64,000 nt of DNA from an uncultured Gammaproteobacteria bacterium (GCA_963773065.1 CAVYZN010000014.1:1-64000); one strand, 5' to 3'; counted from the first letter of the stretch, positions 1 through 15,582 are shown. The notes: generated by a model from the letters alone, not told the origin. Program-made: numbers and translations.

Positions 1-2605
<2,605 letters not shown>

Positions 2606-2722
2606 GGCGCTACCACCGTAGGTCCTTAGGTTAAGTAGCAGAAGTACATGCGGAAGGCGTACACCGTCGCCGGGCGTCTGTAGTAGCTGGGAAGCTAGCG
2701 TCTCTCTTCGTTCTTGAGCGCC

Positions 2723-2971
2723 TTAGCGGTGATCTCCTCGTAGAGATGGATGACGTAGGCGCAAAAGCTGTCTAGTCCGGATGCCGGTCCAGCAGCGGTT
2801 TGCTGCGCATGGCATCGCCGATGACTTGTTCCAGGAATTCGATCTCCTGATCATCAAGCACCTCTCCTCGTCAACCTTTTCCTTGAGTAGCAGTAGTCTC
2901 GGCAATCTCTGCTTCTCGAACCGCTCATGCAGCGCCATGATGACGCCGGCTTCTTTGGACGTGTCAGTCAT
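2723..2971 (-). CDS. Small hypothetical protein (probably frameshifted)
   Basis: ORF MTDTSKEAGVIMALHERFEKQRLPRLLLLKEKVD; protein-like N-terminus that degrades toward the C-terminus. Confidence 0.55.
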   Translation of the reverse strand: MTDTSKEAGVIMALHERFEKQRLPRLLLLKEKVDEERCLMIRRSNSWNKSSAMPCAANRCWTGIRTRQLLRLRHPSLRGDHR

Positions 2972-3288
2972 ACTTATCCCCGTCCAGGCCGCCTTGTCGT
3001 GATTTGAAACAGGCCCGCTAACGGAAGCATGGCGTTCTTAAACCCGAAGTCGCAGCAGATGACAAGGAATCGCGTTCGCCAGTTCTTCTGCCCAGATCGC
3101 CCCGGACAAGTATCTGGTTAGATCGGTAGCCGTGGCGATTTCGGCGCCGTCACCGAAGCAAGCGACACCGGATATTCGCGATACCCAGTACCCGTTAGTC
3201 AGGTGGATTTGAGCAAAGCAGCAAGTAGGAGTACATTAGCCATTGATCAAATATCGCCCTTGCAGGCTTTTTTTCGACTTTCCCCACC

Positions 3289-4146
3289 ATGCACATTGTT
3301 GTTTGCGTCAAACAGGTGCCCGACAGCGCGCAGATCCGGGTTCACCCGGTCACCTACACCATCATGCGCCAGGGCGTGCCCGCCATCGTCAATCCCTTCG
3401 ACCTGTTCGCTCTCGAAGAAGCCCTACGCATCAAGGACCGCACCGGCGCCCGGCTGACCGTTCTCTCCATGGGCCCGCTCAAGGCCGACGACGCCCTCAA
3501 AAAATGTCTGTCCTACGGCGCCGACGAAACCATTCTGGTGACGGACAAGGTTTTCGCCGGCGCGGACACGCTCGCGACCACCTATGTGCTGGCCTCGGCA
3601 ATACGCCAGCTCGACAAGCAGCATTCCGTCGATATCGTCTTCACCGGCAAGCAGACCATCGACGGCGACACGGCCCAGGTCGGTCCCGGCATCGCCATCC
3701 GCCTGGGCTGGCAACTGCTGACCTACGTATCCAAGCTGCGCGATCTGGATGCCGGCGAGAAGCGTATCGTCGTCGAGCGTCGGTCCGAAGGCGGCGTGCA
3801 AGTGCTGGAGTCGAGGCTGCCCTGCGTCATCACCCTGCTCGAAGGCGCCAACGAAATGCGCTTCGCCGACATGGCGGGCATGTTCCGCGCGGCCCGCTAC
3901 GAGGTGCCGCACTGGGACCGCCATCTTGCCGGCATCGAGGACGTGAGCAAGGTTGGCCTCAAGGGCTCGCCCACCGTGGTGGCCCGGGTCTTCGGTCCCA
4001 AGCCCAAGGCGGTTAAGGCCCAACACATCGCCGGCGACACGCCGCGCGCCATGGCCGATGCCCTGCTGGACAGGCTGTTCGCCGACCATTCCGAACTGGA
4101 GGAATACCTGCTCGACCATCTGGAAATCGTGGCGGGTGAGCAATGA
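3289..4146 (+). CDS. fixA: Electron transfer flavoprotein beta subunit FixA
   Basis: [34 protein letters not shown]; first gene of an overlapping four-gene operon. Confidence 0.93.
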   Translation: MHIVVCVKQVPDSAQIRVHPVTYTIMRQGVPAIVNPFDLFALEEALRIKDRTGARLTVLSMGPLKADDALKKCLSYGADETILVTDKVFAGADTLATTYVLASAIRQLDKQHSVDIVFTGKQTIDGDTAQVGPGIAIRLGWQLLTYVSKLRDLDAGEKRIVVERRSEGGVQVLESRLPCVITLLEGANEMRFADMAGMFRAARYEVPHWDRHLAGIEDVSKVGLKGSPTVVARVFGPKPKAVKAQHIAGDTPRAMADALLDRLFADHSELEEYLLDHLEIVAGEQ

Positions 4147-5252
4147 GCGACGCTCTCGACACGGTGACCAAGCCACTCAAGAAACCCAAGCGCGTCCTCG
4201 ATCCCAAGTTCGCCGCCTACCGTGGCGTGTGGGTCTTCATCGAGCATGAGCACGGCCACATCCACCCCGTTGCGTGGGAGCTGATTGGTAAGGGCCGCGA
4301 ACTCGCCGACAAGCTCAACACCGATCTGGCCGGTGTCGTCCTCGGCGCGCCCGGTTACGAAGTCCGCGCCCTCTGCGACGATGCGATATTCCACGGCGCC
4401 GATCTCTGCTACGTCATGCAGGACCCGGTGCTCAAGGACTACCGCAACCAGCCCTACACCAAGGCCGTGACCGAACTGGTGAACACCTTCACACCCGAAG
4501 TGCTGCTGCTGGGCGCCACGACCCAAGGCCGCGACCTGGCCGGCGCGGTCGCCACCACGCTGCTCACGGGCCTCACCGCCGACTGCACGGGGCTGGACAT
4601 CGACACCTCGGACCGCTCGCTGCTCTCCAGCCGCCCGACCTTCGGCGGCAGCCTGATGTGCACCATCGTCAATCTCAACACCCGCCCGCAGATGGCTACG
4701 GTGCGGCCGCGCGTCATGCCCATGCCCGCCCGCGACGCGACGCGCAGCGGCCGCGTTGTCGAGCATCCGCTCGGAATGACCGAGGACGAGGTAGTGACCA
4801 AGGTCATCGACTTCATCCCCGATGCCCGCGCCGGCAAGCCGCAGCTCGCCTACGCCGACATCATCGTTGCCGGCGGCCGGGGACTGGCCAAGCCCGAGAA
4901 CTTCAACCTGCTGTTCGACCTCGCCAAGGTGCTCGGCGCCGAGGTGGGCGCTACGCGGCCGGCGGTGCATGCCGGCTGGGTGGAGGCCGACCGCCAGGTG
5001 GGCCAATCGGGCAAAACCGTGCGTCCCAAGCTCTACATTGCCGCCGGCATCTCCGGCGCCGTGCAGCATCGGGTCGGCATGGAAAGCGCCGACGTGATCG
5101 TCACCATCAACAACGACGACAAGGCGCCGATCATGGACTTCTCCAACTACGCCCTGATCGGCAATGCGATGGAGATCCTGCCGGCTCTAACCGAGGCCTT
5201 CCGGGAGCGCATTGCCTCAGCCAAGGCGAAGAAGAAGGCGAGCCATGACTGA
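4143..5252 (+). CDS. fixB: Electron transfer flavoprotein alpha subunit FixB
   Basis: [38 protein letters not shown]. Confidence 0.93.
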   Translation: MSDALDTVTKPLKKPKRVLDPKFAAYRGVWVFIEHEHGHIHPVAWELIGKGRELADKLNTDLAGVVLGAPGYEVRALCDDAIFHGADLCYVMQDPVLKDYRNQPYTKAVTELVNTFTPEVLLLGATTQGRDLAGAVATTLLTGLTADCTGLDIDTSDRSLLSSRPTFGGSLMCTIVNLNTRPQMATVRPRVMPMPARDATRSGRVVEHPLGMTEDEVVTKVIDFIPDARAGKPQLAYADIIVAGGRGLAKPENFNLLFDLAKVLGAEVGATRPAVHAGWVEADRQVGQSGKTVRPKLYIAAGISGAVQHRVGMESADVIVTINNDDKAPIMDFSNYALIGNAMEILPALTEAFRERIASAKAKKKASHD

Positions 5253-6549
5253 GAAATTCGACGTCATCGTCGTCGGCGCCGGCCCCGCGGGCAGCGCCGC
5301 CGCCTACACATTGGCAAAAGGAGGACTGTCGGTGCTGCAACTGGAGCGTGGTGAGACGCCCGGCACCAAGAACGTCCAGGGCGGCATTCTCTATGCCCAT
5401 GCCCTGGAGCAAATCATCCCCGACTTCCGCGACCATGCGCCGCTGGAGCGGCACATCGTCGAACAGCGCATGTGGCTGATGGACGAGGGCCAGGCCGTCA
5501 CCGGCATGAGCTACCGCGACGAAGGCTTCACGACGCCGCCGCACAACCGCTACACCATCGTCCGCGCCCGCTTCGACCGCTGGTTCTCCGAGCAGGTGAA
5601 GCACGCCGGCGCCATGCTGATCTGCGAGACCACGGTGACGGACCTGCTGCGGGACAAGCATGGCCGCGTCGTCGGCGTCCAGACCGAACGTGCCGGCGGT
5701 GACATATACGCTGATGCCGTGATCCTGGCCGACGGCGTCAATTCCCTCGTCGGCCAGCGCGCCAAGCTGCGCCCGGAGATCAGGCCCGAACACGCCGCCC
5801 TGGCAGTAAAGGAAATGCTGTTCCTGCCCCAGGAAACCGTCGATGCTCGCTTCGGTGTGGGCAATGGCCAGGGCGTGGTGATCGAGATCGCCGGCCGCAT
5901 CACCCACGGCATGGTTGGCACTGGCTTCCTCTACACCAACAAGGACTCGCTCTCCATCGGCATCGGCTGCATGCTCTCCGACCTGTGCCGCGAGAAGATC
6001 ACGCCCTATCAACTGCTCGAAGGACTCAAGCGCCACCCGGCAGTGAAGCCGCTGATCGCCGGCGCCGAGATGAAGGAATATTCGGCCCACCTGATCCCTG
6101 AAGGCGGCTACAAGGCGCTACCCCGGCTTTACGGTGATGGCTGGGTAATCGTCGGCGACTCGGCGGGATTCGTCAATGCCGTGCACCGCGAAGGCGCCAA
6201 CCTCGCCATGACCTCGGGACGGCTTGCGGCCGAGACGCTGATAGACCTCAAGACGCGCGGTAAGCCCTTCACGGCGACGAACCTCGCCGCCTACAAGGCG
6301 CGTCTCGACGAGAGTTTCATCATGAAGGATTTGAAGAAATACGCTGACGTGCCCGATTTCCTGCATGACAACCCGCATATACTGAACACCTACCCGACGC
6401 TGCTCAACCAGGCGGCGCGCGAAATGCTGATCGTGGATGGCGTCGATAAGCGCGCCAAGCAGGCGCGCATCCTCGCCGACGTGCGCGAGAGGCGTTCCCT
6501 GCTCGGCCTGCTCGGCGATGCCTATCGTTTCTGGAGGGCCTTCAAGTGA
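5245..6549 (+). CDS. fixC: FAD-dependent oxidoreductase FixC
   Basis: [12 protein letters not shown] Rossmann motif, [29 protein letters not shown]. Confidence 0.92.
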   Translation: MTEKFDVIVVGAGPAGSAAAYTLAKGGLSVLQLERGETPGTKNVQGGILYAHALEQIIPDFRDHAPLERHIVEQRMWLMDEGQAVTGMSYRDEGFTTPPHNRYTIVRARFDRWFSEQVKHAGAMLICETTVTDLLRDKHGRVVGVQTERAGGDIYADAVILADGVNSLVGQRAKLRPEIRPEHAALAVKEMLFLPQETVDARFGVGNGQGVVIEIAGRITHGMVGTGFLYTNKDSLSIGIGCMLSDLCREKITPYQLLEGLKRHPAVKPLIAGAEMKEYSAHLIPEGGYKALPRLYGDGWVIVGDSAGFVNAVHREGANLAMTSGRLAAETLIDLKTRGKPFTATNLAAYKARLDESFIMKDLKKYADVPDFLHDNPHILNTYPTLLNQAAREMLIVDGVDKRAKQARILADVRERRSLLGLLGDAYRFWRAFK

Positions 6550-6851
6550 CCGCTGTAGCACCGCTGCCGACTATCAACGTCGAGGAAAAACTCTTTCAGA
6601 ACCGCTATCGCGTGGATGCCGGACGCCCGCACATCCGCGTCAAGGATGAAGCCATCTGCGAGCGCTGCGATCTCAAGCCTTGCGTTGTCTGCTGCCCGGC
6701 CGGCTGCTGGCGCGCTGAAGAGGGTGGCCGCATCGACCTGGTGGTGGATGGTTGCCTCGAGTGCGGCGCCTGCCGCATCGTCTGCGAGCCGAAGAACGTG
6801 GACTGGAACTACCCGCGCGGCGGCTTCGGCATTCTTTTTAAGTTTGGCTGA
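6546..6851 (+). CDS. fixX: Ferredoxin-like protein FixX
   Basis: CPAGC...DGCLECGACRIVC...YPRGGFGILFKFG. Confidence 0.92.
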   Translation: MTAVAPLPTINVEEKLFQNRYRVDAGRPHIRVKDEAICERCDLKPCVVCCPAGCWRAEEGGRIDLVVDGCLECGACRIVCEPKNVDWNYPRGGFGILFKFG

Positions 6852-6853
6852 AC

Positions 6854-7330
6854 ATGGATATCCGCACCTTCCTGGCCCACGCCGTGAAGCTGGAAGCGGC
6901 CGCTGCGCAAGGCTCAGACAGCCTTGCCGACGCGATGGCGACCTGGGGCAACCGTGAGGTCGAAGCCTTTTTCCGCAAGATGGCCGAATTCTCCCGGCTG
7001 CACTTGAAGGTAGCCATGGACCGCGCGGGCTTTCATCGCCTATCGGCCTTGCCGGAGGATGGCTATCACTGGCCGGATGACGTCCCTCCCGAATCCGCGG
7101 CTTGGTACGGCATTGACGGCTTCATGGGCATCGAACAGGCGGTCGAGCTTGCCCTGGAAGCGGAACGCCGGGGCTTTGAGTTCTATTCGACCATCGCACA
7201 AACAGAATCCGATCCCCGGGTAAAGATGATGGCGGAAGAGTTCGCGGAGGAAGAGCGTGGCCATGTCGAGGAAATTGAGCGCTTGCGGCGCAGCATTTTG
7301 TTTGTACAGGGTGACGTTCCACGCGCGTAA
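6854..7330 (+). CDS. Rubrerythrin/ferritin-like di-iron protein
   Basis: FLAHAVKLE, ALEAE, FAEEERGH (ExxH) motifs; 2 bp after fixX. Confidence 0.8.
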   Translation: MDIRTFLAHAVKLEAAAAQGSDSLADAMATWGNREVEAFFRKMAEFSRLHLKVAMDRAGFHRLSALPEDGYHWPDDVPPESAAWYGIDGFMGIEQAVELALEAERRGFEFYSTIAQTESDPRVKMMAEEFAEEERGHVEEIERLRRSILFVQGDVPRA

Positions 7331-7360
7331 GCGGCTGCAACAGGGAAATTCACACCGCAT

Positions 7361-10300
7361 CTATACGTGCTGAATCGGTTTCTGCGCGAGCAGGTGGTCG
7401 AGCCAGAGGTTGGTCAGATGCTCCTGCAAGCGGTTTTGCCCCAGACGGTCGTCGAGGTTGTCGAGGTCCACGATATCGAGCGGCTGGTCCTGCCACGAGC
7501 AGCCGAAAACGGCCTTGGTCCGTTGGCCGGTGTGCGGATCCACCTGCCACTGCAGGCACTGCGCGCACACGCCCTTCAAGCCGCACTGGATCGGTGTGCT
7601 GATCGAGGCCACGGTCTCGGGGCGGGTGGTGAAGAAGGGCGCGAGTTCGTTCTCACGCGCGTGCTTTAGCTCACGGATCGTACAGGTCGACGCCTGTATC
7701 ACCAGTCGCCGCACATCCTTGAGTGCAATCGCCGGTTCACCCCATTCGCCGGCGGCGTAGCGGCGGATGACGTCCACGGTATTCCCGGTCGCGGCCCGGT
7801 CCTGCGGCCGGCGCGGTCTGATCGGTACACCCTGGGCGGTGATCCAGAGGGTGGCATCCGCCGCCGCCTCCAGCTCATCGCGCAGGTAGACATCCTGGGC
7901 ACACGCATAGAGCGCCACATGCAGCACGCGCGAACCCTTGTGGCGCAGCGCCGGACCGACGCTGCGCAGATGGGCGACGCCCCAGCCTTCGGTCACGATC
8001 ATGATCGTGTCGTTTTCGACGATTTTGGCGCGCACCCCGGTCGGTCCCATGACCGCCACCGGATCCCCGGGCTTGAGCGCGGCGATCACGCGCGCGCTCG
8101 TGCCGCCCTCGTGCACGATGAACGACACCGTGCCGTGCTCGCGATCGATATGTGAACCGGTGAGCGCGAGCGGTTCGGTCTGCAGTGGCGTGCCGGCTAT
8201 CACGGGTGCGCCGGTTTCGAAAGTCTGCAGGCGGAAGAATTGCCCCGGCTGGAAGCGCTTGGCCGCGAGCGGGGCGTGCACCGTGAGTTCGACCACGTTC
8301 GGCGTCAGGCGCGTGACTTTCGCCACGCGCGCATCGAGCAGGGTATCGATTTTCTGGCGGAACGCGGCGTATTCCTCGTCGTTGCCGTGTTGGCGCGCGC
8401 GTTCGCCGAAGAGCTCGACGATCTTGGGATAGGTGCGCATGCCCGCGGCCACGGCGCCGACGACGCTGCCATGAAACACCGGATGCGTGTCGCCAAGAAA
8501 GCTCACGCGCTTGCGGTCGAGGTGGTAGGAGGTGAAGGGGCCGAAGTCCTCCGTCTTGAGGTGCTTCGCCACCGGTACCGGCACGAGCTTGCCGTCGCGC
8601 TCGTGATGCGTCTGGAAATGCCCCTGCTCCTTGTGGAAGTGACCTTTGTGTTCGAATTCGTAGGCGACATTCGGACGTGCGCCGGTGGCGACCAGCACCG
8701 CGCATGCCGGCAGCACCACTTCCTCGCCGGTCGCCCGCCACTTGCCGTCTTCGCCGCGCGCCTGCTTGCGGAACACCATCGCCTCGACGTGACCATACGG
8801 GTCGAGCCGGGTTTCTTTCGGGTCGAGACCCTCGGCGTAGTAGATGCCTTCCTCGAAGGCCTTGATCAGTTCTTCGTGATTGCGCGTGTAGGCCGGCGAA
8901 TCGTGCAGCGTGCGCCGGTAAGCGATGGTGACGCCGCCCCACTTCTGGATCAGCGGAATGAAATTCGGCATTTCACCGGCGCGGCCGGCGCGTTCGCGCT
9001 CGGCGCGCGCCGCGCGCCCGTGCGCGAGGTACTCATCGAGAATCTTAAGCGAAACCTCATCGAGGCCCTGGCGCACATGCGCCTCGCCGTGTGCCCGCGC
9101 CAGCGCCTCATAGCGTGCAAGCATCTTCTCGACCTGAATGATGTAGTAAGCCTGTACTTCGGTCGCGGCATCGACGCCGGTGAGGCCGCCGCCGATCACG
9201 ACCACGGGCAGGCGCACCTGCAGATTGGCGAGGCTCGATTTCCTGCCCGCGCCGGTGAGTTGCAGCGCCATCAGGAAGTCGTTCGCCTGGCGCATGCCGA
9301 TGGCGAGACTGCCCGGCACCGGCAGCGCCTGCGGGAGCCCCGCGCCGACGGCGATGGCGAGGTGATCGAAACCGAGATGCCAAGCGTCCTCGACCGTGAC
9401 CGCGCCGCCGAAGCGCACGCCGCCGAACACCTGGAAGTGCTTGCGCCGCAGCAGCGACAGGTAGATGAGCTTGAGAAAATTCTTGTCCCAGCGCACCGTG
9501 ATGCCGTATTCAGCGACGCCGCCGAAGCCGGCCAGCACGCGGTCATCGAGCGCCTCGAGCAGTTGCTGAGTCCAATCGCCGGACCGGTTTTTCGATCAGC
9601 TCGCGCGGCAGCGGCTCGATCTTGAGGCCGTCGGTGCCGACGACCGCGAAGCCTTCCATCAATAAATGATGCGCCAGCGTGAAACCGGCCGGCCCCATGC
9701 CCGACCGACCAGAGCATTGTTGCGTTTCGGCAGCCACTGTTTCGCGCGCAGCGGGTTCCAGCGCGTCAGCAGGTCGTAGATTTCCACCCCCCAGGGCAGC
9801 GCCAGCACGTCGGTCAGGCACGCGGGTCTCGATCTGCGGGATGTTGACCGGTTCCTGCTTCTGGTAGATGCAGCCCTTCATGCAGTCGTTGCAGATGCGA
9901 TGGCCGGTGACCGGGCACATCGGGTTGTCCACCATGATCATGGCGAGCGCGGCAATGGTGTCACCCTGTCTCTTCAGGGTGTGCATCTCGGAAATCTTTT
10001 CATCCAGGGGACAGCCCGTGAGGGTCACGCCGAGCGGATTCACCTTGAGCCCTTTCTGCGGTTCGCCTTTCTTCTCCGGGAAGCCCTTGGAGCAGAAATC
10101 GCCGTCGTGGTCGTGGCACAGGATGCAGTAGTGGATTTCGTTCATCACCTCGCGCTCGTTCATGCGCGGGTCGGTGAGCTTGAAGCCGTCGCGGCGGCGG
10201 AAGTGTTCGGCCGGGCCGTGGAAACGGCGGGCCGCGTCGCGATCCATGCGTACGATCGGCACCAGGTGCTCGTGGTCGGTCGGGATCGGGAGCTTAAAGC

Positions 10301-10871
10301 TCACCCAGCCTTTGACGGCGGCCTTGCCTGCGGGCGTCGTCAGCGCGCGGATGCACCAGCGCGTCAGCTTTTCGATGCCGTCGGCGTTGATTTTCTCGGC
10401 GGCGAGCAGCTCGACGCCGAATTTCGCGACCGCCAGTTCCCGATCAGGAATGTTGAGACCGGACTCGTCGAGCGCGGCGCTGAGCCAGCGGTCAAGCGCG
10501 GCAAAGTCCTCGATCTCCTCTTTTTTCATCAGGCGCTTGCGCGCCCGTCGCAGCACAAACTGCTTCTTGAATTCGAACACCGGGTCGTGTGAAACCGTTG
10601 CCGCGCGCGCGCGCCCTGCCGCGTCCTCGATGCCGAACAGCTCGACCATGAAGTCCTCCAGCACCGGCCCGCAGGCGATCAGCAGGTCACTCACCTGCAA
10701 CGCCGTGAGGCCATGGTCGCCACGGCGATAGACGAGCAACTGCTCGTGCAGCCTGGCGTCGCGCGTCTGCAGGCGCGCGAGGAACATTTCGTCGAGCCGT
10801 TGCAGGTTATCGAGTTCGAACAACGACGCGTAGCTGAAACCGTGGTTGAGCGTGAGTGCGGGTGTGGACAT
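7361..10871 (-). CDS. Fused GltD-like Fe-S flavoprotein with C-terminal ferredoxin-NADP reductase/PyrK-like domain (frameshifts near 9540-9800)
   Basis: YCILCH...GCPLDEKI...CPVTGHRICNDCMKGC, GPAGFTLAHHL, VIGGGLTGVD, PGQFFRLQ, C-terminal QCGLKGVCAQC. Confidence 0.8.
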
Positions 10872-11103
10872 ATCAATCGGTGGGCGACGGTCGTTCTCGG
10901 GGCCGCCCGGTGTCTTACCTTACGTGGTCGGAAACCAGGCGCGCTATTGTAAGGCGTCCGCCGCGTAAATACAGCCTGTTTCGATTCGTCTGGAACGGGC
11001 GCCGACTCAATAACAGACCGAGTGTTTTCGGGGAGTGCCTATCCCGGCGAGAAATGCGGGCGAGACGCCGCGACATTCCTCCCCGCCACCCGCCCGCGTT
11101 TCC

Positions 11104-11132
11104 TGGCAAATCACCGCGGGAATTCCTATACT
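11104..11132 (+). promoter_or_regulatory. Putative sigma70 promoter of the SLC13 gene
   Basis: TGGCAA-17 bp-TATACT about 30 bp before ATG 11164; RBS GGGAG near 11151. Confidence 0.5.
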
Positions 11133-11163
11133 CCGCTGCTCGCCGCGAACGGGAGATCATCGG

Positions 11164-12965
11164 ATGGATGTGACGAGCTGGGCGGAACTCGGGTGGCAGG
11201 CATGGTTCACCCTCGGGGTGATCGGGGTGGTGTTTGCCGCGCTGCTGGCGACGCACGTGGCGACCGATGCGGTTCTGGTCGGCGCCGTCACGCTGCTGCT
11301 GCTCGCGGGCGTGCTGACGCCCAAGGAGGCGTTCGCCGGACTCTCCAACGAAGGCATCATCACGATTGCCGTCCTCTACGTGGTCGTGGCGGGTCTCGAT
11401 GCCACGGGCGGCAACACGCTCATCGCGGAGCGCTTCCTGCGTCGCCCCCGATCCGTGTCAGGCGCGCTGACGAAGATGATGTTCCCGGTTACCTTCGTCA
11501 GCGCCTTCATGAACAACACGCCGGTGGTCGCGATGTTCCTGCCGGCCGTGCACGACTGGGCCAGACAGAACCGCATCTCCGTCTCCAAGCTGATGATACC
11601 GCTGAGCTATGCGGCCGTGCTGAGCGGTACCGTGACGATCATCTCCACGGCGACCAATCTGCTCGTCAACGGCATGCTCATGTCCGCGACAGGGCGCAGC
11701 ATGCACATGTTCGAGCTGACGTGGATCGGACTGCCCATCGCCATCGCGGGCGTGCTGTTCGTGGTGGCTTTCAACCGCTGGCTGCTGCCCGAGCGCCGGG
11801 CGGCGATCGATCAGTTCGCGGACACCCGCGAATACTCCGTCGAGATGACGGTGGATCCGGCCGGGCCGCTCGCCGGCAAGACCATCGGGCAGGCAGCGCT
11901 ACGCCAGCTTCCGAACACCTACCTCGTCGAGATCGAGCGCAATGGCGAGATCATGTCCGCCGTCGGACCCGGAGACCAGGCTGCGTGCGAACGACAGGCT
12001 GGTCTTCGTCGGCGTGGTCGGCGCCGTGGTCGACCTGCAGAAGATCCGCGGCCTCATTCCCGCCACGGAGCAGATCTTCAAACTCGATTCCCCGCGCTTG
12101 CAGCGCTGCCTGATCGAGGCCGTCGTCTCGCACCGCTGTCCGATCATCGGCCAGACGGTACGCGATGGTGAATTCCGCTCGCTGTACAACGCGGTCGTGA
12201 TCGCCGTGGCGCGCAGCGGCGAGCGCCTCAACCAGAAGATCGGCGACATCGTGCTCCAGGCCGGCGACACGCTCCTCGTCGAGGCGCATCCGTCGTTCGC
12301 CGACCAGCAGCGCAACTCGCACCACTTCTACCTGGTGAGCAGCGTGGAGGGGTCGTCGCCGGTCAACCACGAGCGCGCCTATGTGGCGCTCGCGATACTA
12401 CTTGTCATGATACTCGCCGCGAGCTTCACCGGTCTCGGCATGCTCAAGGCGGCCATGCTGGCGGCGGGCGCGATGCTGTTCGCACGCTGCTGCACGGGCG
12501 CGCAGGCGCGCCGCAGCGTCGAGTGGAAGGTCATCATCTCGGTGGCCGCGGCGTTCGCTCTCGGCGGCGCCGTCGAGAAATCGGGGCTCGCGGGCACCTT
12601 CGCGGGGAGCCTCACGCACGCCGCCGGCGGCGACCCGACCCTCAGCCTCGCGGCGATCTACGGGGGCACCTTGCTGCTGACGGAGCTCATCTCGCATAGC
12701 GCGGCGGTCTCGCTGCTGTTTCCGATCGCGCTGAATACGGCCGCAACCCTCGGCATCGACTACATGCCCTTCGTCGCCGCCGTGACTACGGCGGGATCGC
12801 TCGGGCTTCGCGACCCCGCTCGGCTACCAGACCCACATGATGGTCTACAGCCCCGGCGGATACCGTTTCACCGATTTCCTGCGCATCGGCATCCCTATGG
12901 ATATCCTGTGCGGGGCCATCGCGATGCTGATGATACCGCTCGTGTTCCCGCTGGTTCCGGTCTGA
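11164..12965 (+). CDS. SLC13 family (sulfate/dicarboxylate) permease with TrkA-C domains (two frameshifts)
   Basis: SAFMNNTPVVAMFLP, SKLMIPLSYA, two RCK_C-like domains, C-terminal TPLGYQTHMMVYSPGGYRFTDF in a third frame. Confidence 0.88.
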
Positions 12966-13260
12966 CTCCGGCCTCTACCCGCCCGGCGGACGACACCGCC
13001 CGGCAGGCGCGGCTTCACCCGGCGCGCCCATGTGGGAATTGATGATTTTGTCGATAACGGCAGGGGCGCTGCCGGCATGAGCTTACCGGACGCGCCATGA
13101 ATACGTCCCTGTACGTTCGTGTGCTGTCGTCCTGGCGCCGCAGGAAGGCACGGCCACACTCCAGATGCCGCGATGTTCATCCCCGACGCCAGCGCCGCGT
13201 TCCTGGCAAATCCATCGCTGGTATTCCTATACTTTTTTGCAAGGGTGAAGTCCATTTCAT

Positions 13261-13387
13261 TAGGGTGGGTTAGGCACGCCGTTTGTGCCGTAACCCGCCA
13301 GTTGTGCCGTCAGGCACTCATTAAAAGATATGTTGTGTTGCTGCGCAACGCTTGGTGGGTTACGCAAAAGACGCTAACCCACCCTAC
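13261..13387. repeat. Inverted pair of GTAG-type REP palindromes (REPIN-like)
   Basis: TAGGGTGGGTTAGGCAC...TAACCCGCCA at 13261-13300; on the minus strand GTAGGGTGGGTTAGCGTCTTTTGCGTAACCCACCA at 13353-13387. Confidence 0.75.
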
Positions 13388-13429
13388 ATTTGCTTAACTC
13401 ACGGACGATGTACCCGGTCAGATCCGCGA

Positions 13430-14789
13430 TTACGCCGCGATGGTTTGATTGCGTCCCCGATGCTTGGCCTCGTAGAGAGCCCGGTCCGCCCGGGCGACGA
13501 GTTCATCGAGCCCCTCGCTGCTGCTCATCTCCGCGCAACCGATCGACACCGTTACGTGCAGACCGGTGGCCAACTCATCGAACTGTTCAACCTCGATACG
13601 ATGCCGAATCTTCTCCGCTATCAGCAGCGCCCCATTCAAGTCAGTGGCCGGCAACAACACGACGAATTCCTCACCGCCCCAGCGCGCCACGGTATCGCCG
13701 CTACGAAGACAGCCACGCGTAAGACGAATGATCCGCTTCAGCACCCGGTCACCGGTCTCGTGCCCGTAAGTGTCGTTGATGCGCTTGAAATGATCTACGT
13801 CGACAAAAACTAAAGACACATTGCTCTTGAATTCTGCGGTGCTGACCGATTTCCTGGCGGGCGTGATTGGCGAAGCTGGCACGATTCATCGCCCCGGTCA
13901 GCCCGTCGCGCCTGGCCCGCGTCTCGGCGCGCCGCCGCAGGACATCGCTTCGGCGTTCCAGGTTGCCGAAGGACAGCGCCAGGAAGGCTACGACAAGCCC
14001 CACGATCTGGCTGCTGGCGACGATCAGGATCAAGAACGAGATCTCGGCGGCATCCGGACTGATATCGATAATGCTGAGGCCCAGCAGGTACGGCGCCATC
14101 ATGACCAGCGCGAGGTGACGCCGCGCGAGCGCGCTGATGCGGGTTGGGCCGAGCAGCGCCCGCAGGAAGCCGTGATAGACGGTGCACAAAGCCGTGGCCA
14201 CACACAGTGGGATCAGCATCAGGACGGTGGCCAGCGACATCTTGGCATGGGGCACCTGCACCCCGAGTACGAACCCGACCAGCGCCAATGCCGGCACGCC
14301 GTACGCGAGTACGGACAACATCTGCGAGATTACCGCGTTACGGTACTGGCGCAACAGCAGTGAGGCAGCCAGCATCAGCAGACAGAGCGCGGTGCTCGTC
14401 GACACGACGGCCTCCGGCCCCGCAGGAAACGGATTGAGTTCCTGGAGCCAGCGGCTGGCTTCATCGGGGTAGGCCAACTGAGCCAGCGCGCCGAGCAGTA
14501 CCACGGCGCAAACTCCATCGACGACCAGACGGGCGCGCTGCATCGTGAGCACGACACAAACCGCCAGCAGTATCACGCTCAGCACGGCAACCGGGTGTAG
14601 CGCCGGACCGTCGGCCAGCGGCTGAATGATGTCGACAAGGCCCAACCGATACGCAACGAGAGCGAGTACCGCGATCAGGAAGCTGCACAGGGCGAACAGG
14701 GAGGCCAGGCCCAGCGCAGTCCTGACCGGCCGCTTCACCTGCGCCGTCGAGACCGCGCCTGCGCGAGTATGACATCGTTCCAAAAACAC
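13430..14789 (-). CDS. Membrane-anchored diguanylate cyclase (frameshift near 13840)
   Basis: Multiple TM helices, then RDGLTGAMNR, DVDHFKRINDTYGH, RWGGEEF, ADRALYEAK. Confidence 0.88.
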
Positions 14790-15231
14790 GTTTCATCTCC
14801 CAAGGCGACTAAGGGATGAAGCCCTTGTTCAGATGCCTTGGAAAAAGCCTAGGCAGACTCTCGCCGGTAGACATTGAAGACCATCACCAAATCGACAAAG
14901 GACGATATCGACGGTCGTTGTTTCGTCGCGGATCGTTAGCCGTGTACAAAACCGGCCGGCTACGTCGAGCCTGAACCGCTTCCCGGTTGCGTGCTCGATG
15001 CATCAATTTGAGACCCGCATCAACGTTCGCCCGAGCATGTCCAGCGGGCAAGCCCATCCCGCACGGCATGGCATGACTTGTGATGGTCTTAGTCATACGG
15101 CGGCCCCAGGATGTGGCCACGCCGGCCGCTCCGGTACCGTTTTCGGTAACTTGTGGACAGACCAACCCGATGGCCGGTAGCGTAACCACGGCGCTATACT
15201 GGTAACCGATGACCTTCAATCCACGGGAGAG

Positions 15232-15441
15232 TTGAACATGTCCGCAATGAGAATGGTGTTTCTGGCGATGGCCGCGCTGATACTGCTCGGCATCTGGCTG
15301 ACCGGATTCGGCGTGGTGCACTGGCTTCTGTATGTCCCGGTGGCGGGATTGATCTTCGCGGGCGTCACCGGCTACTGTCCGAGTTATATGCTGTTTCACA
15401 AACTCGGGTTCAAGGGAGCGGCGACCGGCAACAAGCTTTGA
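15232..15441 (+). CDS. DUF2892/YgaP-like small membrane protein
   Basis: Two TM helices followed by GVTGYCP; RBS GGAG. Confidence 0.7.
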   Translation: MNMSAMRMVFLAMAALILLGIWLTGFGVVHWLLYVPVAGLIFAGVTGYCPSYMLFHKLGFKGAATGNKL

Positions 15442-15582
15442 GGTTGCCTCCGCCAGATAAGCGATCCGACCTGTCGTGTGATCACCGGTATCCGCGGCGG
15501 CGCTTAGCCTGGAGGCCGCAGGGGTATGTCATTAAAAATGCCCCAACAGGCGGAGGCGCTCTATGGGATCCTATGTTGGCGG

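Noticed and set aside
3240-3260. FNR box upstream of fixA
   Set aside because: Only the TTGAT half-site matches; ATCAA is absent at the required spacing
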